Counted from the stretch's first letter, positions 10,885 to 21,965 are shown. The stretch is DNA of 32,000 nt from Candidatus Saccharimonadota bacterium (GCA_000503875.1 CP006913.1:450001-482000); one strand, 5' to 3'. Numbers and translations are program-made. Notes: generated by a model from the letters alone, not told the origin.

Positions 10885-12504
10885 ATGAGAATTGCAATTT
10901 GATTTTCTGGAGCAGCAGGTTCAGGAGTAAATACTTCAGGATTATTACTTTGAAATCTTTTGGCTTCTAAAGGATATACTATTTTGGCAGACAAAGAATA
11001 TGCATCTATCATAAAAGGAGATAATAATGATTTTTTCTTGTATATTTCAGATCAACCAGGAGAATATTTTTTAAATAAAACTATAGATTTCTTTTTCGCA
11101 TTTGATGATTATGCAGTAAGTAAAAATCAGAAATTCTATACCCTCAAAAATACTATCAATGTAAAAGATCAAATCTGTAAACATAAAAATGTCTTCTGTT
11201 TTTGAGCTGCACTTAAAGCAATGAATATACCATTAGAAGAATGAGAAAAACTTATAAAAGAACAATTTTCTGGAGATAAACTTGAAGACAATATTACTGA
11301 TCTTATGGGTGGATATGGGTATATGCAATGACTAGGAACTCATGATGGAGATCGAAGTAAAACAATAGGAGAAGCGAAAACGCTTATGTTTGGAAACGAA
11401 TGTATTGCGAAAGGAGCGATAGAAGCAGGTATGGATTTCTACGCAGCATATCCTATGACTCCAGCAAGTTCATTAATTGATGTAGTAACTACAGATAATC
11501 GCGTTACCTTTTTTCAAGGAGAAGATGAAATTGCTGTAAGTATGGCAATGCTTGGAGCCAAAGTAGCTGGTAAAAGATCTATGTGTGGAACAAGTGGGGG
11601 AGGATTTGCTTTGATGACGGAATCTATTTCATTTTCTAATCAAGCAGAAATCGGAGGAGTTTATGTATTAGCTCAACGTGATGGACCATCAACAGGTACT
11701 CCAACCTATACAGGACAAGCAGATTTAACCTATGCTCTCAATGCAAGTTTTGGAGATACCTTTCCTATCGTACTCGCTCCATCTACTTTTGAAGAAGGAT
11801 ATACGCAAATCGGAAAAGCACTTAACTGGTCAGATATTTATCAACATCCCGTAATTCTTCTGACTGACAAACAATTTTCTGAATGATATATAGCTATAAA
11901 TCCAAAAGACCTAAAAGCAGAAGAAATCAAAAGAGGTAAATTAGTACAAGGATCTGAAGGATATAAAAGATATGAATTTACCAAAGATGGCATATCTCCA
12001 TGGACAACTCCAGGTACAGAAAACGGAGAATTTATTACTACATCCTACGAACACGACGAATACGGAGCAACCAACGAAGACCCAGAAATCAAGAAAGCAA
12101 TGCAAGATAAAAGAGATCAAAAACTAAAAACCTTTATACAACAAGAATTTACTGAAGACTTTTATGGATATGAAATCATCAATCCAGATGCTGAAAAATT
12201 CTTTATTACCTATGGATGGAATAGATTTGTATTGGAAGATTATATCAGAAACAATAAAGATCAAAAAATAGGACTTATCGTGATAAAAGTATTTCAACCA
12301 TTCGATTTGAGATTAAAGACATTCTTAGAACAAAAAAATAGTCAGATTCAATTATTGATATTTGTAGAAATGAACGCATCTGGTCAACTTCAACGTTTGG
12401 TTACCGAACAATGTGTACTCAATCAACCAATACGAGAAGGTAAACTTACGAACCATAGAAAATACACATTATATCCAATATTTGGTGAAGAAGTTACTCT
12501 TTAA
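10885..12504 (+). CDS. korA: 2-oxoacid:ferredoxin oxidoreductase, fused gamma-alpha subunit
   Basis: The N-terminus is a POR gamma-like domain (MRIAI[G]FSGAAGSGVNTSG...KEYASIIKG). It is followed by the alpha domain (GNECIAKGAIEAGMDFYAAYPMTPAS, GTSGGGFALM, AQRDGPSTGTPT). Four track fragments in one frame are joined by TGA. Confidence 0.85.
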
Positions 12505-12523
12505 TTCTTAATGACAAACGAAA

Positions 12524-13126
12524 ATGAGATCCGGCTTAAATAAATTTCAACGATGCCCATGATGTGGAAACTTTATGATCCATTTGGCCATCAAAAATGC
12601 AATCAAAGAACTCAATATCCCAAAACATAAAGTTATGGTAGTTACGGGTATTTGATGTAGCGGAAAAATGAGTCAATACCTTGATGGATACGGAGCAGAA
12701 AGTCTTCATGGAAGATCTGTACCTTTTGCTACAGGAATTAAACTCGCAAATCCAGATCTGACAGTTATTGCTTACGGAGGAGATGGAGATGGATATGGAA
12801 TCTGATTAGGACATTTATTACATGCAGCAAGAAGAGATACAAATATCACGTACATCGTTGCTGACAATGAAAATTATGCATTGACTACTGGGCAAGCTTC
12901 ACCTACAACGCCAATAGATATTCCTACAAAATCAACTCCTGCAGGAAACCAAATCACTCCATTTAATCCAATAGAACTAGTAAAAGCTGCAGGATGTAGA
13001 AATGTAGTTGATGCCGTTGATAAAGATATCAAAAACTTGACACAAGCTATCGTCTCTGCTATTCAGCACCAATGATTCTCACATATTCACGTCAACCAGG
13101 CTTGCCCAACATGGAGAAGATGGTAA
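12524..13126 (+). CDS. korB: 2-oxoacid:ferredoxin oxidoreductase beta subunit (short, 200 aa)
   Basis: The sequence begins MRSGLNKFQ[CGA]CP[G]CGNF, matching the invariant WCPGCG. Other motifs are TGI[G]CSGK, HGRSVPFATGIKLANPDL and the TPP motif AYGGDGDGYGI[G]LGH. TAA at 13124-13126. Confidence 0.85.
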
Positions 13127-13142
13127 TTTATCGCAAAAACAT

Positions 13143-13697
13143 ATGCATAAACAATATCTCACCCCTATCAAATCATGAACACTCGCAGATGTGAAACTTG
13201 GATCTCACACAGTTTTTGAGGAAACTGACGAAAAGGGCATACTCCAACAATGTACAGGATTAGAATATATTATCAAAATAGAACCAAATATCATAGTCGT
13301 AGATAATCACGATCGTGTACTTGAATTTCGACCAAAAGGATTTCCAGTTCTCCATATAGACCAACATACAGATATGAGACCAGTCTGACCTGATGGGGTG
13401 AATGTTGGTAATTTTCTTAGATATGCCCTAGATACACAGTTAATCACGTGATCAAGCCAAATAAATACAGAATATTCTTTATTAAATTTAAATATTGATA
13501 TAATAGAGTCTGACAAAACAATTTTAGATATAGATCTTGATTTTCGACACCCAGATATGAGTATAGAACAATTCGAGAAGACAATTCAGATTGTAAAATG
13601 ATTAATAAAAAAAGCGAAGATAGTCACTATAGCCACTTCGCCTTATTTTTTAGATCAAGATTTAGCAATAAAATTATTAAAGCAATTAATTGATTAA
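13143..13697 (+). CDS. hypothetical protein, UPF0489-like (DNH...W / HIDQHTD motifs)
   Basis: The frame of track ORF 13191-13388 extends both ways through TGA. The sequence reads IVVDNHDRVLEF[CGA]PKGFPVLHIDQHTDM. The start is uncertain (ATG 13143 or GTG 13191). TAA at 13695-13697. Confidence 0.5.
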
Positions 13698-13903
13698 TTT
13701 TCACTTAGAAAATCTTTATGTAATAGTATTTCAATATCTTTCATCATTTCAAAAAGGATAGATTTATATTTATTTGTTTCATATCAATGAGGATTTAAAC
13801 TTTTTCCTTTTAATACACGATAAAGTTTACACAAATTTTCTTGCGTATATCATGAAAACTTATAAGTAAGTATTGCCTTTTTGTTATTAGCTTCAATATT
13901 CAT
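13694..13903 (-). CDS. small hypothetical protein, 69 aa, immediately downstream of pilB
   Basis: ATG at 13903-13901, 22 nt after the pilB stop. Two in-frame TGA. TAA at 13696-13694. It overlaps the convergent upstream gene end by 4 nt. There is no homology support. Confidence 0.3.
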
Positions 13904-13925
13904 AGAAGTAATAATAAGAATAAAA

Positions 13926-15506
13926 TTAAACAACTCTTCTAATCTCTTCCAACGTAGTGATTCCATCCAATAATTTTAATATACCATCTTCTTTCATCGT
14001 CAAATATCCAGTTTCTCTTGCTTTGGAATACATCATCAACGTAGATGCTCCATCAATAATCATAGTTTTGATATCATCAGTAATTTCAAAGGTTTCAATA
14101 AGTCAGATTCTTCAAACATATCCATTCCCATTACATTTATCACAACCTACAGATTGTGGAATTTTCCCATCTCGTTCGAGTTTCATATTTGGATTAGCAT
14201 CCGTAATTTTTTTGATTGTTTCTTCCACTTCCACTTTTTCTCCATATTGGGGATCTCTTTTGGTTGCACAATGAGGACAGAGTTTTCTTACCAATCTTTG
14301 AGCTACAATAAGATTTAATGCTGGAGCTAACATATATGGTTTAACTCCCATATTCAAAAGTCTAGTAATAGATTCAATTGCTGAATTGGTATGAAGGGTA
14401 GTAAATACTAAATGTCCTGTCAAAGCTGCGTTGATACTTGCATCAGCAGTTTCAGAAGTTCTTGTTTCTCAGACCAATATAATATCAGGATCATGTCTTA
14501 GAATAGCTTTGAGACCAAGTTCAAAATCATATCATTTTGTATAATTGATTTGAGATTGTTGGATTCCTGCAAGTTGATATTCGACAGGATCTTCCAAAGT
14601 AATAATTTTATCTTCTCCCGTATTGAGAGTATGAAGAATAGAGTAGAGGGTTGTTGTTTTTCATGATCCTGTAGGACCAGTAATAATAGTAATACCTACA
14701 TTTTTTTCCAAATTCTTTTTGAGAATATCGTAAGTTCTTCCTTTAAATCAAATATCTTCGAAAGAAGAAAATCATTTCCCTGGATCCAGAAATCTAATAA
14801 CAGTACTTTCTGATCAAATTCCTGGCATAAAGTTAATTCTGACATCAACTTGTTTGGTTTCTCCATTTCTATTTACTGATTGAAAAGCAAATCTTCCATC
14901 TTGAGGAATATAATCAATATTCATTTTTGTCCCTGCAATAAATTTCATTTTTTGGAGATATTTCAAAAAATCTTCATGAGTAAATTCCAAAATTTCTTGT
15001 AAAACACCATCTATTCTAAGTCTCATAACAACACCTGATTCCTGCGGTTGGAAGTGAAGATCCGATGCTCATGTTTGAAAGGCTAGTCTTACTATTTCCA
15101 TAATAAAATCACCTGGTTCCATAGTATCTCTTTTTTCAAACAAACTTTTGATCATAGAAATTGCACCTGTTCATTCAGCTTGTTTTTGTTTTTTCATGGC
15201 TTCTGTTGCAGTATCTTCTTGTGCTTGTAATTGATCATACCAACTAAGTGCAGCAGTAAATCCTTCAACAGAAGTATAAAATATTTCTGATAAAAAATTT
15301 TTATCTTCTAGCATTTTAACTACTTTTTGAACTTGTTCTGGGAAATTATTGGTAGTAAGTAATTTAAGTTTGTTTTTCTCTTTAGCAAAAACAAGCACTT
15401 GGATTTTCTCTGCAGTAGCTTTTGGCATTATTTTAAGCTGCACAAAATCAGGTATTAAAGCCTGTATATCTTGTAATTCTAATATTGATTTTTCTAATGT
15501 TCACAT
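13926..15506 (-). CDS. pilB: GspE/PilB-family secretion ATPase (type IV pilus assembly ATPase-like)
   Basis: Three track fragments in one frame, and I checked the gaps codon by codon. Motifs: Walker A GPTGS[G]KTTT (TGA 14663-14661), DPDIILV[G][16 protein letters not shown], and CPHC...[10 protein letters not shown][G]RI[G]LIE. The N-terminus M[G][19 protein letters not shown] begins at ATG 15506. Confidence 0.9.
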
Positions 15507-15548
15507 GGATAATAAAGTTCGTTAAGAGCTAAGTTACTATATACTCTT

Positions 15549-15554
15549 ATTATA
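15549..15554 (-). promoter_or_regulatory. candidate -10 box (TATAAT) upstream of pilB
   Basis: The minus strand reads GGGTATAAT about 45 nt upstream of the pilB ATG. No good -35 is visible. Confidence 0.3.
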
Positions 15555-15631
15555 CCCAGAAAAATCTTTTTTCAAAATGTTCAAGCAATTCACCAGACAA
15601 AGAGATTGACTTTTTTTAAAAAAATAAGAAA

Positions 15632-16636
15632 TTATTTAATCCAGAAACTAAATCCTTTATGATCAGATCAAGGAATATTAATAACCTGAAGTTCTTTAAT
15701 AAAAACAAGTTTATTAGCAAAAATATGATCGATATGGCTCCAAAACAAAGGGAATCACACACTTTTTCGTGTAAAAAGAATAGGTAATGACCTTGTTATG
15801 TTAACAAATTCTCTGTTAAATCCTTCAGCAAACTTCCAATAGAAAATAGACCATGGTGATGTATTAAAATCTCATATAACAACAACTTTATCATTTCTTT
15901 CTCTATGAACTTCCTTATGGAGATCAAAATCTTTAAAAAAGGTTTCTATTTGCACATTTCTCATGTGAAAAAATTTTGGATTACTTGGTGAACTAGCATG
16001 TACTAGATAGAAATAGATAGGTTGATTATCATACATTACAGAAAAATAGCCATATCTCCAAGCTCATTGAGGAAAATTATCAGCCCGATTATTGATTTCT
16101 TTTTTACTAAAAACCATATTTCCTACATATTTTTGAGATCGAATAGTACTATTGCTATAAGGATAATTAGTTTCTAACACATCTTTAAGATGTTTATAAT
16201 GATGATCTGCAAATTCTACAAAGAAAATTAAATCTGGATTTTCTTGTTTGATAAGCTCTTCTATTGCTACATAATCTGTATTATTTTTGTAAATATTTGC
16301 ATATAATACTTTAATTCCTCATGTCATTTGATTTTGTATTTGTTCTACAGGAAAATTATAAAATGAAGTAAATTTTTTTGAAAAAAGAAGAAAGAGTATT
16401 CAAAATCAAATAACCAATCATGCTAAAATAGATCTTTTTTTAGTTGATTCTATTGATTTTTTCTTTTTCAAAAAATAACGAAAAAAAACGATTCACATAA
16501 CCAGTCATAAAAAAGATATTCCAATATGATAGGGCAGAAAACTCAAGAAAAGTTCGGAAAAATAGTATTGGGGTAACAGAAAAGAGAAGAATCAAACCCC
16601 AAGAAATATATATCAACAAAAGATAAGAAGCATCAT
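15632..16636 (-). CDS. membrane-anchored endonuclease/exonuclease/phosphatase (EEP) family protein, YafD-like
   Basis: Absent from the standard-code track because of 12 in-frame TGA. I translated it by hand with no TAA/TAG. The N-terminus has TM helices. Then come VVVI[G]DFNTSPWS, WSHIDHIF and the C-terminal P[G]SDHKGFSFWIK. ATG at 16636 and TAA at 15634-15632. Confidence 0.75.
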
Positions 16637-16768
16637 AGTATCAGTATAGCTACTACTAAAAACAACATATTGATACTAATATTTTCAATTATCAAAACAA
16701 GAGATAAATCAAATTGATTTTATCTGAGAAATATATAAAATTCAATTGAAAACCAATAAAAAAACATA

Positions 16769-17005
16769 ATGGAAGAAATTAACATAGTTGAGATATTAAA
16801 AGCTGCAAAAACAGATTTTACTATAGAAGCTACAATGAGTTGTAGAAACAAAACTGTACTAACAAAACTTCGTATAAATACGATAGAAAAAACAGTAACA
16901 GTAGAAGATATTAATTGTACTAACCCTAAAGATGTATTTGTGATAATTAGGGGAAATGAACAACTTTTGTCTTTAGAGAAAATCAAATTTTTTAAGACTG
17001 TATAA
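16769..17005 (+). CDS. hypothetical protein, 78 aa
   Basis: ATG ORF with normal soluble composition. A strong plus-oriented terminator follows directly. I prefer it over the overlapping antisense ORF 16720-17028. Confidence 0.45.
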   Translation: MEEINIVEILKAAKTDFTIEATMSCRNKTVLTKLRINTIEKTVTVEDINCTNPKDVFVIIRGNEQLLSLEKIKFFKTV

Positions 17006-17008
17006 TAA

Positions 17009-17042
17009 GGTTTTTTGATTTTTTTCAAGAAACCTTTTTTTA
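17009..17042 (+). terminator. intrinsic terminator
   Basis: GGTTTTTTGA / TCAAGAAACC 10-bp stem with a T6 loop, followed by a T-run (17035-17041). Confidence 0.7.
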
Positions 17043-17044
17043 AT

Positions 17045-17076
17045 TATTGACATTTAATAGAAAATATTTATATATA
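17045..17076 (+). promoter_or_regulatory. sigma70-like promoter (TTGACA-N18-TATATA) inside a conserved 18-mer
   Basis: TTGACA at 17047-17052 and TATATA at 17071-17076. The 18-mer TATTGACATTTAATAGAA is repeated exactly at 20488-20505. Confidence 0.5.
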
Positions 17077-17102
17077 GGAGTTTTATATTTTAGAAACTAT
17101 AG

Positions 17103-17525
17103 ATGAATAATTGATTAAATCACAATGAAAACATCCAAAAAGAAATAATTGCTCCAGAAAAATTTCTTTCTGTTGAAATACAAGAAGCTATTTGTAACCA
17201 TTGTTATAGTAATCCTATAGAAATAGCAATGCAAAAAACAAAAGACAATACAGAAGATTGGGATCCTGAAATATTGATTTTTAATTATGTTAGTGATTAT
17301 TTTAAAATAAGATTTCCTATGCTTTTTTCCGATAAAACTACAGAAAAACAATTAGATGTAATATATGAAGGAATAAAATATTTTTTAGAAGGACGGGACA
17401 GAAAAAATCAAATTCCAAGAGTAATAAGTATATTAAAAAGGAATAATAATGAAGAAATCAAAAAAAACCATACAGAGGTAGAAAAAAATAGAGTAATGAG
17501 TAAAATTCTAGCAGTATTTATGTAA
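17103..17525 (+). CDS. hypothetical protein, 140 aa
   Basis: ATG at 17103 directly after an in-frame TAG. It reads through TGA at 17112-17114 into track ORF 17229-17525. A terminator follows. Confidence 0.5.
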
Positions 17526-17560
17526 AATTCTTGATTATCCGCCGCAAATCACTATCAAAG

Positions 17561-17586
17561 CAAAGTTGAAAAACTTTGTTTTTTTT
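17561..17586 (+). terminator. intrinsic terminator
   Basis: CAAAGTT-GAAA-AACTTTG followed by T8. Confidence 0.75.
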
Positions 17587-17596
17587 GTTCAAAAAA

Positions 17597-19069
17597 ATGA
17601 AAACCTTCCATATAATTATTTTATGATGTCAGATGAATTATGCTGACAGTGCAAGAATAAAAGCAGTCCTTACCAACTGTTGATTTTTGTATACAGAAAA
17701 TAAAAAAAATGCTGATATTATCATATTTGATACCTGTTCTATCAAACAAAAATCTGAAGATAAAATAACAGGAAAACTCAAAGAAACGCTTCCTCACCAG
17801 AAGATACGAATTACCTGATGTATGATACAACATAATCTAAGAAATCAGAAAATTACCGAAAAAGAATTACCAGAGAATCTTAAAAGAGGAAATTTTTTAG
17901 GGTCTTTACAAACAAAGAATCCAGAAATTGTGGGTATAACCGCAGATGAGGTAAATGAGTTTAGAAACAATCCTTCTCCAGATAAAGTAGTAGGAATAAA
18001 CAACGCTTTTAATCCACTCTTTTATACACTCAAAAAAAAACAAGCAAATATAGAATTGTTTTGGAGAATCGATGATACGGGGTTTTTGCCGCTTATTTTG
18101 CAAAAATTAGGATATCAAATCCACCACGATACGGAAACAACAAACGAATATTCCAAAATCATACCAGAATGATTCAATACCTCGATGAATAATCACAAAA
18201 AAACAGCGTATATCCCAATCTCTTCGTGATGTAACCAATTTTGTAGTTATTGTATTGTTCCTTATGCAAGAGGATTAGAAAAACATTACCCCAAAGAACA
18301 AATTATTGAAGAGGCTAAGCGTCATCTTGCCTCAGGATGCAAAGAAATTGTTTTATTAGGACAAATTGTAAACAAACATCCTGAATTTATCGAAATTCTC
18401 AAAACTATTTTGTCTCTAGATGGTCTTGAATGGTTGAGATACACATCTCCTTACCCAAATTTTTATACACCAGAACTTCTTTTCTTACACGAAACAGAAA
18501 ACAAACTTTGTCCTCATATCCATATCCCATTTCAATCAGGATCAAATACTATTCTCAAAGCGATGCGCCGCGGATATACGGTTGAACAAGCAAAAGAATT
18601 TATTAAAAACATTAGATCGCTCAAGAGAAAAATTAGCATTACTACTGATATGATTGTTGGCTACCCCGATGAAACTGAAGAAGATTTTCAAGCAAGTTTA
18701 GATCTAGCAAAATACGGAAATTTTGATATGATTTATATTGGAATTTATTCACCAAGACCAGGAACCTTCGCTCATAAAAATCATCCAGACACTATTGACC
18801 GTGCAACCAAGCGAGAAAGACGAAACCGTTTAAACGAACTTCTTAAATCTATATCTAAAGCAAACAACGACCAAGAAATCGGCCAAATAAAAAAAGCAAT
18901 CGTCGATAAAATACATGACCAAGAAATATATGGCTATACCGACAACATGAAACAAATTATTATAAAAAATAAATCTGACTCTAAAATTAATGTAGGAAAT
19001 TTTATTAACGTACGTATTACAAAAGCAATTCCTTTTAAATTGTATTGAGAAATAGTTGAGAATAGCTAA
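17597..19069 (+). CDS. miaB: tRNA methylthiotransferase MiaB (radical SAM)
   Basis: The sequence begins MKTFHIIIL[G]CQMNYADSARI and has IFDTCSIKQKSEDK and IT[G]CM. The radical-SAM motif is SS[G]CNQFCSYCIVPYARG. The TRAM-like C-terminus ends ...FKLY[G]EIVENS. TAA at 19067-19069. Confidence 0.9.
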
Positions 19070-19102
19070 GAATAAAGCGTTTTATATTTTGAATAATAGT
19101 AT

Positions 19103-20398
19103 ATGCTTCGTCCCGGATGATTTCCTGAATACAATCCAGCTGAACAATTAGTCTTTGATCAAGTCAAAGTAATTATAGAACAACTCTATGAACAACATGG
19201 ATATACACATATTCAAACTCCCGCAGTAGAAGCAAATTCAGTTCTTCTTTCAAAAAATGGAGAAGACGCAGGGAAACAGATTTTCTGATTATATGGATTA
19301 GCTCAAGGAGCAGAGGATAGTAAAGATTATTCTCTCCATTTTGATCTTACCGTTCCTTTTGCAAGATACGTTCTCGATCGAGAAAATGAACTTACTTTTC
19401 CCTTTAAGCGTTTTCAAGTACAACCAGTTCGAAGAGGAGAAAGAAGTCAAAGAGGGAGATTTAAAGAACTTTGGCAAGCGGATGTTGATGTGATTTGGCA
19501 AGAATGAGAAAAATCAGCTATAGGAAAAAATCTCTATTACGATGCAGAAATGATGATCGTAATAGCAAAAACATTACATCAAATTATAGAAAAGTTTATT
19601 TCTGGGAAAAAATTTACTCTTCATATCAATAATAGATACCTTCTTGCTGGAGTAATGGAACAATTTTCTGAAGAAAAACGTCCTCTTATATATTCACTTT
19701 TGGATAAATATTATAAAATATCTCATGAGCAATTTATCAAAGAAATAGAAGAATTACTTGGTACAGAAAGCAAAAAAATATTGGATTTTGTAGCTTGCAA
19801 ATTAGACGATTTGACATCGTACAAACTAGAAAACGAAAATTTCAAAAGAGGGGTAAAAGAACTTGAAGAGGTATTTTGATATATCAAAGCACTAAATCCT
19901 GACAATACGTATAAACTTGTATTTGATCCTTATATTATTAGAGGATTAGATTATTACACAGGAACAGTCTATGAATCATTTTTTGATGATGATATGGCGT
20001 TAGGAAGTATTAGTTCTGGGTGAAGATATGAAAATCTCACAGGATATATCAATCCAAAAAAGAGTCAGTATTCATGAGTAGGAGGAAGTATTGGATTATC
20101 AAGAATTGTCTTCCTTATTTTGGAAAAGAGCAAACCAGAACTTTTGACTAAGACAGAATATCTCTTTGTGAATTTCAAAGAAACAATCAATGAAACTGCT
20201 TGATTGATGAACAAATTTCTTGCAAAATGAAAAATATGTGAAATATATCCATCACCAGATAAACTGGGAAAACAATTCGGATATGCTGATAAGAAGGGGA
20301 TTCCTCTTGTTATTATTCTAGGGGAAGGAGAAAAAAACGAAGGAAGTTATAAGATAAAAGATATGATAGCAGGAACAGAAACAACTCACAAAATTTAA
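19103..20398 (+). CDS. hisS: histidyl-tRNA synthetase
   Basis: The sequence contains [13 protein letters not shown] and FKRFQVQPV[CGA][17 protein letters not shown], where relatives read PVWRGERPQ. It also has [14 protein letters not shown][G]GRYENL and [G][10 protein letters not shown]. It is joined through several TGA. TAA at 20396-20398. Confidence 0.9.
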
Positions 20399-20428
20399 TC
20401 ATAAAACAATCGTCTACACATATAAAGG

Positions 20429-20460
20429 AAATCCCCGGAGAAAAACCGAGGATTTTTATT
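20429..20460 (+). terminator. intrinsic terminator after hisS
   Basis: AAATCCCCGG / CCGAGGATTT imperfect 10-bp stem with a 7-nt loop, followed by a T-rich tail. Confidence 0.6.
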
Positions 20461-20487
20461 GGCAAAAAAATAACAAAAACAATAAAA

Positions 20488-20517
20488 TATTGACATTTAA
20501 TAGAATATCATTATAGA
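20488..20517 (+). promoter_or_regulatory. sigma70-like promoter sharing the 18-mer of 17045-17062
   Basis: TTGACA at 20490-20495 and TATAGA at 20512-20517, with a 16-nt spacer. Confidence 0.45.
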
Positions 20518-20610
20518 AAAGATATGGAGAAAGATAAAAAAAACCAGCTAGATATAAATATATGAAAGAAATCTTCTTTATGATTCTCCTATAGTAAAAA
20601 AATTGAAACA

Positions 20611-21963
20611 ATGCTCGCTCTATTATTATTGAGTATATGATCTCCCGTAATGGGCCAAATAAAAACAATAGCCTCGGAAAAAATAGAAAAAGTTATTTCT
20701 TTAGACACAAAAAATAGATTATATGAGCAAAAATTACTTAAAATAGTTAATTTTGATAAATTATCAGATACCCAAAAAAATAAAGCATTGCAAGATATTA
20801 CCTATCGAGAACAAAAACTAGATGCATGTAATGTCCCTCAACATATGAGAATACCACCAGAATCAATTTGTATTACAGAAAATAAAAATCAAGTAAACAT
20901 TATCACAAAATTTAGAAATATTCATTATTTTCCGAGCATAAGCTTGGCCTACCAATTATCAGAAATAAATCATAAATATTTTCTTGAATACGGAAAAGAT
21001 TCTCCAACACTGACAATAATTTGCGGTCTTCTTTCTCAGGAAACAGGAATTAGAGACATTATCAATCCCGAATGAGATTCTAAAGGATATTGACAACTTC
21101 ATTATCCCACTGCAGAAGATTTATTAAAAAGAAAACCTGAAATATATAGTCAGTATTTTTATTTAAAAAATGGTCATATAGAATTTCATGGAAAAACTGA
21201 AGAAGAAAAGCAAAAAAATATGATTATAGTAATTTATCGCATACTTATTGAAGAAAAAGATTATAAAGAAAGCCAAGAATTATTGGGACTCGGAAGATAC
21301 AATTGATCTCAAAAAAATTTCAATAGATATGCAATCCCTGTAGTAACAAAAGCAATTAGTTACGCCACATTTTTTGCTGCAATGAATAATAATGTATTTA
21401 CCTATGACCAAGAAATTAAACCAATAGAATATCTTCTCTTAGAAGAATGAAAAAAATTAGGCAAACAAGTTTCTCCGCAAATTATAAGAGATATATTTAA
21501 TAATCAAGTAAAAGAAGCTAAAATCTGGCGAAAAGATCCTAAAAATTACAATAAAAATAAAACTTTAAAAGTAGAGGATACCGATATACAATTAATGTAT
21601 GGTGCATATTCTTATATATCAACAGATCAGGAATCATTAGGAGAACCTTATATTATCCCAGAAAAATGAAAAACTATTTTTTCTTATTTTAGAGAAAACA
21701 CACGAGAAGCAACAGAGTACCATAATAAAAAAGTTAACGATCCAAAAGAGAAAATAAATATATTTTATTACGAATTAATTAATAACAAAAAAGTACAACG
21801 TAGTATAACAAGTAAACAAGAAATGATTGAAAAAGGTAAAGAATATATGATCTATGCAAGTCCTGATAAGAAAAAAATATACATCAATCCAGCAAATAAA
21901 CTTTATTATTATGAAGGAACAGAAGAGCATGTAACAACAATTTATTATAACAGCATCAAATAA
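20611..21963 (+). CDS. secreted protein with lytic-transglycosylase (SLT)-like motif
   Basis: The N-terminus MLALLLLSI[G]SPVMG is signal-like, with an alternative ATG at 20524. The motif GLLSQETGIRDIINPE[G]DSKGY[G]QLHYPTAEDLL resembles the SLT pattern ES...S.aGA.GLMQ...TA. It reads through about 6 TGA. TAA at 21961-21963. Confidence 0.5.
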
Positions 21964-21965
21964 AA

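Noticed and set aside
12511-12543. A 10-codon ORF (MTNENEIRLK) starting right after korA.
   Set aside because: The overlapping frame starting at ATG 12524 gives the conserved KorB N-terminus (WCPGCG), so the mini-ORF is most likely fortuitous.
16720-17028. A 102-aa minus-strand hydrophobic ORF overlapping the 78-aa plus-strand ORF.
   Set aside because: Its start would lie inside the stem of a plus-oriented terminator (17009-17042). The plus ORF has the more protein-like composition and is the one followed by that terminator.
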